Positions 54,650-64,000 of a stretch of DNA of 64,000 nt are shown here, in pieces. How positions within the stretch are numbered: position 1 is the stretch's first letter; each line of letters begins with the position of its first letter. The DNA is from the human T2T-CHM13v2.0 reference genome, Homo sapiens. The position numbers and the translations under genes were made by a program. The stretch is taken from the NCBI RefSeq assembly GCF_009914755.1, contig NC_060933.1; one strand, written 5' to 3'. The notes under the pieces were generated by a model that had not been told where the DNA came from, did no database searches, and was given only the letters and a program-made list of their open reading frames with translations.

Positions 54650-55880
54650 GGGGTGGAGTGGAATGGAATGGGATGGAATGGAGTGGAGTTTAGTGTACTG
54701 GAGTGGAGTGGAATGGAGTGGAGTAAAGTGTTAGGGAGTGGAATGGAATAGGATGGAATGGAATGGAATGGAATGCAGTGGAATGGAACAGAGTGTGGTG
54801 GGAAAGGAATGGGATAGAGTGGAGTGGAGTGGAGTAGAATGGAATGGAGTGGAGTGGAGTGGAATGGAGTGGAGTGGAATGGAATGGAATTGAATGAAAT
54901 TGAATGCAATGGTGAAATGAAATGTGAGTTGATATTGTGCCACCGAATTCCAGCCTGGGTGACAGAGTGAGATCCTCTCGAAAGAAAGGAATGCAATGGA
55001 ATGGAATAGTGTGCAATGGAATGGAATGGAATGGAATGGAATGGAATGGAATGGAATGAAGTGGATTGGAGTGGAGTGGAGTGGAATAGAGTGGAATGTA
55101 ATGTGATGGAGTGGAATGGAATGGAGTGGGGTGAAGTGGAGTTTAATGGAAAGGGATGGAATGGAATGGAATGGGGAGGAGTGGAGTGGAGGGGAGTTGA
55201 GTGTAGTGGAGTGGGGAGGAATGGAATGGAATGGAGTGGAGGGGAGTTTAATAGAGTGGACTGGAGTGGAATGGAGTGGAGTGGAATGGAATGGGATGGA
55301 ATGGAATGGAGTTTAGTGTACTGGAGTGGAGTGGAATGGAGTGGAGTAGAGTGTTAGGGAGTGGAATGGAATAGGATGGAATGGAATGGAATGGAATGCA
55401 GTGGAATGGAACGGAGTGTGGTGGGAAAGGAATGGGATAGAGTGGAGTGGAGTGGAGTAGAATGGAATGGAGTGGAGTGGAGTGGAGTGGAATGGAGTGG
55501 AGTGGAATAGAATGGAATGGAATGGAATGAAATTGAATGCAATGGTGAAATGAAATGTGAGTTGATATTGTGCCACCGAATTCCAGCCTGGGTGACAGAG
55601 TGAGATCCTCTCGAAAGAAAGGAATGCAATGGAATGGAATAGTGTGCAATGGAATGGAATGGAATGGAATGGAGTGAAGTGGATTGGAGTGGAGTGGAGT
55701 GGAATAGAGTGGAATGCAATGTGATGGAGTGGAATGGAATGGAGTGGGGTGAAATGGAGTGTAATGGAAAGGGATGGAATGGAATGGAATGGGGAGGAGC
55801 GGAGTGGAGAGGAGTTGAGTGGAGTGGAGTGGGGAGGAATGGAATGGAATGGAGTCGAGTGGAGTGGCATGGAGTCTAAT
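54650..55880 (+). repeat. ~630-bp near-identical tandem duplication containing one Alu cassette per unit
   Basis: Identical cassette variant gtgagttgatattgtgccaccgaattccagcctgggtgacagagtgagatcctctcgaaagaaa at 54924 and 55557 (offset 633). Flanking words tttagtgtactgg (54689/55312) and agtgttagggag are also shared. Confidence 0.9.
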
Positions 55881-58800
55881 GGTGTATAGTGGAATGCAGT
55901 TGAATGGAATGGGATGGAATGGAATGGAGTGGCGTGGAGTGGAGTGGATTGGAGTGGAATGAAATGGAAAGGAATGGAATGCAGTGGAGTGGAGTGGAAT
56001 GAAATTGAATGGAATGGAATGTAGTGGAGTGGAGTGGAATGCAGTTCACAGAAGTGGAATGGAATGGGATGGAATGGAATTGAAAGGAATACAATGGAAT
56101 GGAATGCAATGGAATTCAATGGAATGGAATTCAATGGAATTCAGTGAAATACAATGGAATGGATTGCAATGCAATGAAATGGAATGGAATGCAAAGGAAT
56201 GGATGGTGAAATTAAATGTGAGCTGAGATAGTGCCACTGCACTCCAGCCTGGGTGACACAGTGAGATCTTGTAGAAAGTTAGCAATGGAATGGAATGGAG
56301 TGAAATGGAATGGAATGGAATCGAATGGACTGCAGTGGAGTGGAGTGTAATGGATTGTAATGGAGTTGAATGCAATGGGGTGGAATGGAATGGAGTTGAT
56401 TGGAGTGGAGTGGAGAGGAAAGGAGTGAAATGGAATGGGATGGAATGTAATGGAGTGGAGTGGAGTGCAGTGAAGTGGAGTGGAGTGGATTTGATTGGAG
56501 TGGAGTGGAATGGAGTGGAACGGAATGGAATGGAATGGAACGGAATGGAATGGAATGGAATGGAATGGAATGGAATGGAATGGAGGGGAGTGGAGTGGAG
56601 TGGAGGAGAATGCAGTGGAGTGGAATGGAATGTCATGGAATGGAACGGAGTGGTGAAATGAAATGTGAGCTGAGATTGTGCCACTGTATTCCAGCCTTTT
56701 TTGACACAGTGAGATCCTGTCAAAGGAAAGAAATGGAATGGAATGGGTTAGAATGGAATGGATTGGAATGGAATGGAATGAAATGGAATGGTGAAATGAA
56801 ATGTGAGCTAAGATTGTGCCACTGCACTCCAGTCTCGGTGACAGAGTGAGATCCTGTTGAAAGAAAATATCGGAATGGAATGGTGTGGAATGGAATGGCA
56901 TGTAGTGGAATGGAGTGGAAAGGAGTGGAATGGAATGGGATGGAATGAAATGGAGTGGAGTGGAGTAGTGTGGAATGGAATGGAGTGGAGTTAAGTGGAA
57001 AGGAGTGGAGGGGAGTGGAGTGGAATAGAATGGAATGCAATGGAATGGTGAAAAGAAATGCATGCTGAAATTGTGCCACTGTGCTACAGCATGTGACAGA
57101 GGGAGATCCTGTCAAAGAAAAGGAGTGGAATGGAAGGGATTCGAATGGAATGGAATGGAATGTATTGAAGTTGAGTGGAGTGGAATTGAGTGGAGTGGTG
57201 TGGAGTGCAGTGGAATGGAATGAAATGGATTGGAATTGTGAAATAAAATGTGAGCTGTTATTGTGCCACTGCACACCAGCCTAGGTGACAGAGTGAAATC
57301 CTGTGAAAAGAATGGAATGGAATGGAGTGGAGTGGAATGGAATGGAGTGGAATTTAATGGAATGGATTGGAGTGGAGTGGAGTGGAAAGAGTGGAATGGG
57401 ATGGAATGGAAAGGAGTGGAGTACACTGGAATGGAGAGGAGTGGAGTGGCATGTATTGGAGTGGAGTGGAGTGGAGTAGAATCGAATGGAATGGAATGGA
57501 TTGGAATGGAATGGAGAAATGAAATGGGAGCTGAGATTGTGCCACTGTGCTCCAGGCTGTGTCAGAGAGAGAGATAGTCTTAAAATAAAGGAATGGAATG
57601 GAATGCAGTGGAATGGAATGGAATGGATTGGACTGGAGTGGAGTAGAGTGGAGTGAAGTGGAGTGGAGTGGAATGGCGAGGAATAGAATGGGATGGAATG
57701 GAATGGAATGATGTGGAGTGGAGTCGGGTGGAGTGGAGTTCAGTGGAATGGAGTGGAATGGAGCGGAATGGAATGGGATGGAGTGGAATGGAGTGGAGTG
57801 GAGTGCAGTGGAGTGGAGAGGAGTGGAATTGAGTGGAATGGAATCGGATATAATGGAATGTAGTGGAGTAGAGTGGAGTGGAGTGGTGTGGAAAGAAGTG
57901 GAATGAAATGGAGTTGAATTGAATGGAATGGAATTGAAGGCAATGCAATGGAAAGTTGACATGTAATGTGAACTGAGATTGTACCACTGCACTCCAGCCT
58001 GGGTGACACAGTGATATCCTGTCGAAAGAAAGGAATGGAATGCAATGGAGTGAAATGGAATGGAATGGAATGGAATGGAGTGCAGTGGAGTGGAGTGGAG
58101 TGGAGTGGACTGGAGTGAAATGGAGTCGAATGGAATGGGATGGAGTGAAATGAAATGGAGTGGAGTGGACTAGATTGAAATAGAGTGGAATGTAATTGGA
58201 TGGAATGGAATGCAATGGAATAGTGAAAAGAAATTTGAGCTGAGATTGTGCCACTGCACTCCAGCCTTTGTGAAAGCGTGAGATCCTGTGGAAAGAAAGG
58301 AATGTGATGGAATGGATTGGAATTGTATGGAATGGAATGGAGTGAAGTGGAGTGAAGTGGAGTGGAGTGAAGTGGAGTGGAGTGGAGTCGAGTGCAATGG
58401 AGTGGAATGGAATGGGATGGAAAGGAATGGCATGGAGTAGAGTAGAGAGGAGTGGATTGGAGTGGAGTAGAGTAGAATGGAGTGGAATGGAATGGGATGG
58501 AATTGAATGCCATGGAATGAGGTGGAGTGGAATGGAGTGGATTGGAGTGGAGTGGAGAGGATTGGAATGGAGTAGAGTGGAATGGAGTGGAGTGGAATGG
58601 AATGGAATGGAATGGAATGGAATGGAATAGAATGGAATGGAATGGAATGGAATGGAATGGAATGGAATGGAATACAGTGGAAAGCAATGGAATGAAGTGC
58701 AATGGAATAGATTGGAATGGAGTGGTGATATGAAATGTGAGCTGAGTTTGTGCCAGTGCCCGCCAGTCTGGTTGACAGGGTGATATGCTGTCAAAGGAAA

Positions 58801-61764
58801 GGAATGGAATGGAATGGATTGGAGTGGAGCTGAGTGGAGTGGAGTGGTGTGGAGTGGAATGGAGTGGAATGGAATGGGATGGAGTGGAATGGAATGGAGT
58901 GCATTAAATGTAGTGGCGTGGAGTGAAATGCAGTGGAATGGAATGTGATGGAATGGGATGGAATGGAATGGAGTGGAGTGGAGTGGAATAGAGTGGACTG
59001 GAGTGGAATGGAGTGGAATGGAATGGAATGGAATGGAGTGGATTGGAGTGCAGTGAAGTGGAGTGGAATGGAATGGAATGGAATGGAATGGAATGGAATG
59101 GAATGGAATGGAAGAGTGAAATGAAATGTAAGCTGAGATTCTGCCACTGCACTCCAGACTGGGTGACAGAGAGACATCCTGTCGAATGTGAGGAATAGAA
59201 CGGAATGGAGTGGAATGGAATGGAATGGAATGGAGTAGAGTGGAGTGGAATGGAACGGCGTGGAAAGGAATGGAACGGAATGGAGTGGAGTGGAGTGGAG
59301 TGGAGAGGAGTGGAGTCGAATGGAATGGAATGGGATGGAATCGAATGGAATGAAGTGGAGGGGAGTGGAGTGGAGTGTTGTGGAGAGGAGTGGAGTGGTA
59401 CGGAATTGGATAGAATTGAATGGAGTTCAGTGGAGTTGGGTGGAGAGGAATGGAGTACACTGGAGTGGAATTGAATGGAATGGAATGGAGTGGAGTTGAG
59501 TGAAGTGGAGTGGAGTGGAATGGAGTGGAGTGGAGTGGAATGCAATGTAGTGGAATGGAATTGAATGGAATGGAAAGGAATGGAATGGAATAGAATGGAA
59601 TGATGAAATGAAATATGAGCTGAGATTGTGCCACTGCACTCCTGCAGGGTGACAGAGTGAAATGCGGTTGAAAAAAAGGAATGGAACGGAAATAACTGGA
59701 ATGCAATGGAACGGAATAGAGTGGAGTGGAGTGGAGTATAGTGGAATGGAGTGGAATGGAATGGGATGGAATGGAATGGAGAGGAGTACAGTGGAGTGGA
59801 GTGGAGTGGAATGGAATGGAATGGAATGGAATGCAGGGGAGCTTAGTTCACAGGAGTGGAATGGAATGGGATGGAATGGAAGTGAATGGAATGGAATGCA
59901 ATGGAATGCAAAGGAATGGAATAAAATGGGATGCAATGGAATGGAATTGTGAAATTAAATGTTAGCTGAGATAGTGCCACTGCACTCCAGCCTGTGTGAC
60001 AGAGTGAGATCCTGTCGAAAGAAATTAATGGACTGTAAGGGTGTGAAGTATGATGGAATGGAATGGAATGGAATGGAGTGGAGTGGAGTGGAGTGGAGTG
60101 CTATGGAGCGTAATGGAGTGGAATGGAATGGGATGGAGTGGAATGGAATGGAGTGGAGTGGAGTGGATTGAATTGGAGTAGATTGGAGTTGACTGGATTG
60201 AAGTGGAATGGAGTGGAGTGGAATGGAATGGAATGGAATGGAGGGGAGTGGAGGGGAGTGGAGGGGAATGGAGTGGAGTGGAATGGAATGGTGAAATAAA
60301 ATGTGAGCTGAGATTGTGCCACTGTGTTCCAGACTTTTTTGACACAGTGAGATCCCATCGAAAGAAAGGACTGGAATGGATAGGGTGGAATGGAATGGAG
60401 TGGAATGGAATGTAGTGGAGTGGATTGGAGTGGTGTGCATTGGAGTGGAGTGGAGTGAAGTCGAGTGAAATGGAGTGAAATGGAATGGGAGGGAATGGAA
60501 TGTCATGTAGTGGAGTAGGGTGGAGTGAATTTGAGTAGAGTAGGGTAGAATGGAGTGGAATGGAGTGGAATGGAATGGGACGGAAGGGGATGGCATGGAG
60601 TGGAGTGGAATGGAGTGGATTGGAATGTAGTAGAGTGGAATGGAAAGGAATGGAATGAAATGAAATGGAATAGAATGCAATGGAATGCAATGGAATGGAA
60701 TGATGAAATTGAATGTGAGCTGAGATAGTGCCACTGCACTCCAGCCTGGGTGACATATTGAGATCCTGTCAAAAGAAAGGAATGGAATTGAATGGAGGAG
60801 AATTGAATGGGATGGAGTGGAGTGGATTGGAGTGGAGTGGAGGGGACTGGATTTGAGTGGAGTCTAGTGGAACGGAGTGGAATGGAATGGGGTGGAGTGG
60901 AATGGAATGGAGTGGAGAGGAGTGGTGTGGAGTGGAGTGGAGTGGAATTCAATGGGATGGAATGGTATGGAGTGGAGTGGAATGGGGTGGAGTGGAGTGG
61001 AATGGAGTGGAATGGAGCGGAATGGAATGGAATGGAACGGAATGGAACGGAATGGAATGGAATGGAATGGAATGGAATGGAGAGGAGAGGAATGGAGTGG
61101 AATGTAGTGTAATCGGAAAAGATGGAATGGAATGGAATGCCATGGAATGGAATGGAATCGTGAAATGAAATGATAGCTGAGATTATGACACTGCACTCCA
61201 TCCTGGGTGATAGAGTGAGATCCTGTTGACAGAAAGGATTAGAATGGAATGATGTGGAATGGAATGGAGTAGAATTCAGTGGAGTGGAGTGGAGTGGAGT
61301 GTAATGTAATGTAATGTAATGGGATGGGATGGAGTGGAATGGAATGGAGTGGAGTGGAATGGAGTGGAATGGAATGGGATGGGATGGAATGGAGTGGAGT
61401 GGAGTTGAGTGGATTGGAATCGAATGGAATGGAGTGGAGTGGAGTGGAGAGGAGTGGAGTGGAATGGAATGGAATGGAATGGAATAGAAAGGAATAGAAT
61501 GGTGAAATGAAATGTGAGCTGAGATTGTGCCACTGCACTCCATCCTGGGTGACAGGTGAGATTCTATCGAAAGAAAGGAATGGAACGGATTAGAGTGGAA
61601 TGGAATGGAGTGGGGTGGAGTGGAGTGGAGTAGAGTGGAATAAAGAAGAATGGAATGGGATGTAATGGAAAGGAATGCAGTGGAGTGGAGTAGAGTGGAG
61701 TGGACTGGAGTGGACTAGTGTGAAGTGGAATGGAATGGAATGGAATGGAATGGTGAAATGAAAT

Positions 61765-61829
61765 GTGGGCTGAGATTGTGCCACTTCACTACAGCCTGGG
61801 TGACGGTGTGAGTTCCTGAGGAAATAAAA
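61765..61829 (+). mobile_element. Last Alu 3'-end fragment of the composite array
   Basis: gtgggctgagattgtgccacttcactacagcctgggtgacggtgtgagttcctgaggaaataaaa, preceded by the ggtgaaatgaaat leader. Confidence 0.85.
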
Positions 61830-62042
61830 GAATGGAATAGAATGGATTGGAATGGAATGGAATGGAATGGAATGGAATGGAATGGAATGGAATGGAGTGT
61901 AGTGGACTGGAGTAGAGTGGAATGGAGTGGAGTAGAGTGGAAGGGAGTGGAAGGAAATGAGATGGAATGGAATGGAATGGAATGGAATGGAATGGAATGG
62001 AATGGAATGGAATGGAATGGAATGGAGTGGAGTGGAGTGGAG

Positions 62043-62386
62043 TGCAAAAATCCTCAATAAAATACTAGCAAACCGAATCCAGCAGCAAATCAAAAAGCCT
62101 ATCCACCATGATCAAATGGGCTGCATCCCTGGGATGCAATGCTTGTACAACATATGCAAATCAATAAACGTAATCCATCATATAAACAGAACCAACGTCA
62201 AAAACCACGATTATCTCAATAGATGCAGAAAAGCCATTTGACAAAATTCAACAACCTTCATGCTAAAAACTCTCAATAAATTAGATACTGATGGGACGTA
62301 TCTCAAAATATTAAGAGGTATTTATGACAATCCCACAGCCAATATCATACTGAATGGGCAAAACCTGGAAGCATTCCCTTTGAAAA
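62043..62386 (+). mobile_element. LINE-1 (L1PA-like) internal ORF2 reverse-transcriptase fragment, inactive
   Basis: tgcaaaaatcctcaataaaatactagcaaaccgaatccagcagc...gaagcattccctttgaaaa. Translates to [29 protein letters not shown] and [36 protein letters not shown], the recognisable primate L1 ORF2p RT region. Frameshifted near aaccacgattatc (consensus aaccacatgattatc). No 3' UTR, poly-A or TSD. Confidence 0.95.
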
Positions 62387-62387
62387 T

Positions 62388-62636
62388 CTCAGTTACCTTT
62401 CTTTTGGATATGTGTGTGAGGAAAGAGTACCTACAAACTACCCTTTTATTTAAATGCCATATACAATAAATATTAATACCTACAGTCCTCATGTTGTACA
62501 TTAGATCCCTCAATTTGTTAATTCTACATATCTGCAACTTTGCATCCTTCGAATTCTCTATCTCCATTTTCTCTTCTCTCCCACAGCCCATGGTAACCAC
62601 TGTTTTATACTCTATCTCTGTGTATTTAACTTTTTG
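62388..62636 (-). mobile_element. Older LINE-1 (L1MA/L1MB-like) 3'-UTR fragment
   Basis: tacagtcctcatgttgtacattagatccc...ctacatatctgcaactttgcatcc...cccatggtaaccactgttttatactctatctctgtgtattt resembles the reverse complement of L1M 3' ends as I recall them. I cannot assign the subfamily by eye. Confidence 0.72.
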
Positions 62637-64000
62637 TTGTTTTTGTCCTGAGAAGTTTGTTGGGACTTTCAGCTAAGAGATAATAAGTTCTGAGTCTTGA
62701 TTATCTCAAATTATACCAGGTAAGAAGTTTTACTTGTCTGGAGAGCAGAGTGCAAGTGCATAATTTTATGCAGAAGAGGGAATAAAGATAATTCTCTAAT
62801 TAAAATTTGAATCAGAAATATGGCTCATATTTTTATGTGCAACAATCTCTAAGACTTCTTGGAAAGGAACTAGCTGCCTGTTTTTTTTCATTTGAATCCA
62901 CTAATACATGAAGAGGATGATTCTACCATACCAATCACAAGAATGATATCTGTAGAATCAAAAGTTGAAATCCTATTATCCTAGAACTTTTTTCAGAAAA
63001 CTTAAACATGTATTGAAATGTCATGCTGCTCATATATTTTATAGCAGTGAGGAATTTACTTATTATATACTTTAGCTTTTTAGCCCTTTCCCTGCCCATT
63101 AGAAATGTTTCTTTTGAATCCAATTTTTTCCTCAGAGTTTTAGAATGTTAAGGAATGTATAGGGGTTTCTTTTTTCTTCTTTTTTTTTCAAGCTATTGTA
63201 TATTTTTACTTTACCTGTTTGGGTATGTAGTTACTATTTGTTTGGACTGTCACACCAGAAAAAAATTATAGTGAATTTTACATGTACGGAGTCTTCATTA
63301 ATCTGTATAAACTGACAAGTTTAGAATATCAAAGTCAACACTGTAAAAAATAAAGTGATATTTTATCTGGTCTATCTCCTTGCAAATAAAAGAACAATAA
63401 ATTCTGTACTATTATGAAATATAAGAGCTTCAAAATTTTTCAAGTGCCTTGTATAGAATGGCCTTCGAATTCAAGGTATAAACTACAACAAAACACTTTC
63501 GAGATCTAGTTTGATTGAAGAGTGCATTCTTACTTATTTATATATTCTCTGCAATTTCTGATTCAAGATAGTCCACAATTCTAAAGGAAAACCAAAATAA
63601 AATAATAATTACAAAACAAAATAAAAAGTAATTGAGGAAGATAGTTGAGCAACTTATTCTTGACAACTAGCTTTTTAACAAACAGAAAAGTGCACTAAAA
63701 ATACTACCTAGTTGTTTAAAGTAGGCTGAGATCTGACTGTATCCCCTAAGTGAGTGTCATAAAGAAAAAATTACCTTTGAGGGAGCAAAGTGGTTAAATT
63801 TAAAAGATTTATTGTTTAACCTCAGGAAGACTTTCAGTAACTTTTTATAAATTGTATACAGTTAATGGAAGACATGCTATGATTCTTGTAAGAATTTGTT
63901 CCAGATCACTGTGTATAATTAATGGTTTGTCTACTTATTTTTTCAATAAAACTGTTCATGAAGAATTTTAAGTATGCACTTTCAGTACCAGAATGAATAT
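62637..64000. other. AT-rich non-satellite flank (intronic or intergenic-like; no gene supported)
   Basis: High A+T, few CpG, no tandem periodicity, and only one short unrecognisable ORF (62935-63123). Confidence 0.7.

Larger units (their letters stand above)
1..62042 (+). repeat. Human satellite 3-like (GGAAT/GGAGT)n pentamer array, diverged, G-rich strand on +
   Basis: Continuous GGAAT/GGAGT pentamers with point variants (GCAAT, GAAAT, GGATT, GTAAT, GGACT, AGAAT) from base 1 to 62042. The reverse complement is (CATTC/CACTC)n, the defining HSat2/3 unit. No strand switch seen. Confidence 0.97.
41155..62042 (+). repeat. Composite satellite: Alu 3'-end fragment (~64 bp) alternating with GGAAT/GGAGT spacers, 53 copies
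   Basis: Consensus GGTGAAATGAAAT-GTGAGCTGAGATTGTGCCACTGCACTCCAGCCTGGGTGACAGAGTGAGATCCTGTCGAAAGAAA-GGAATGG. The core matches the Alu right-arm 3' end (GTGAGCCGAGATCGCGCCACTGCACTCCAGCCTGGGCGACAGAGCGAGAC) with CpG>TpG changes. Approximate core starts: 41167, 41335, 41542, 41769, 42044, 42355, 42827, 43148, 43690, 44067, 44426, 44778, 45245, 45580, 46037, 46523, 46979, 48159, 48904, 49291, 49507, 49774, 49986, 50262, 50714, 50966, 51363, 51739, 52196, 52577, 52944, 53532, 54004, 54501, 54924, 55557, 56218, 56665, 56803, 57060, 57250, 57526, 57968, 58235, 58737, 59128, 59615, 59961, 60303, 60715, 61172, 61514, 61765. Confidence 0.93.

Noticed and set aside
54727-55360. Single TTAGGG words (gtgttagggag) at ~54731 and ~55354
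   Set aside because: These are lone hexamers copied by the 633-bp duplication, not telomeric arrays.
41514-61543. Recurrent peptides such as SFDRISLCHPGWSAVAQSQL, QDLTLSPRLECSGTISAH and EMKCELRLCHCTPAWVTE
   Set aside because: These are the familiar Alu-translation artefacts of the cassette, not a protein repeat domain.
41155-61829. CRISPR-like look: conserved direct repeats separated by variable spacers
   Set aside because: The repeats are about 64 bp, diverged and Alu-derived. The spacers are satellite of very uneven length rather than unique 30-40 bp sequences. There are no cas genes and the DNA is primate.
41167-61829. Cassettes as functional Alu/7SL-like Pol III ncRNA genes or active SINEs
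   Set aside because: Only the last ~55 nt of the right arm is present. The left-arm A/B boxes and the poly-A tail are missing.
1-62060. Hundreds of ORFs, including >1000-aa minus-strand ORFs (2725-5979, 4728-8000, 35586-38747) of HSIPF/HSTPL and plus-strand [10 protein letters not shown]
   Set aside because: Pure (GGAAT)n and (CATTC)n contain no stop codon in any frame, so long overlapping ORFs are expected by chance. There is no domain, codon structure or gene context.
61957-62241. In-frame satellite-L1 ORF2 fusion ORF (MRWNGMEW...[14 protein letters not shown])
   Set aside because: The satellite supplies ATGs in all frames, so an in-frame start is expected. The L1 part is short, frameshifted and lacks the catalytic RT motifs.
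62322-63123. Short ORFs at 62322-62600, 62491-62676 and 62935-63123
   Set aside because: The first two overlap L1 relic sequence. The third is short and AT-rich with no recognisable homology.
62640-63830. Possible exons from splice-like motifs (CAGGTAAGA at 62717; minus-strand donor-like ttacct near 63211 and 63771)
   Set aside because: Isolated motifs are common in AT-rich DNA, and no coherent exon or recognisable peptide links them.

Overview
This is primate (most likely human or great-ape) pericentromeric-type heterochromatin running into an AT-rich flank. Bases 1-62042 are one unbroken array of diverged (GGAAT/GGAGT)n pentamers (human satellite 3-like), all on one strand. The array has two domains. 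1-41150 is plain diverged pentamer with nested duplications of about 0.1-3.4 kb and a paralogous block about 18 kb apart. 41155-62042 is a composite satellite: a 64-bp fragment of an Alu 3' end, with a fixed GGTGAAATGAAAT leader, recurs 53 times by my manual count, about every 400 bp. Its variants occur in a repeated order, forming a higher-order block of about 7.3 kb. The array ends abruptly in an internal L1PA ORF2 (reverse transcriptase) fragment at 62043-62386. That fragment is joined to an older L1M 3'-UTR fragment on the opposite strand, followed by about 1.4 kb of AT-rich sequence with no repeat I can recognise. No protein-coding gene is supported: the ORF track is almost entirely poly-(MEWNG)/(HSIPF) read-through of the satellite. 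Coordinates were read by eye and may be a few bases off.
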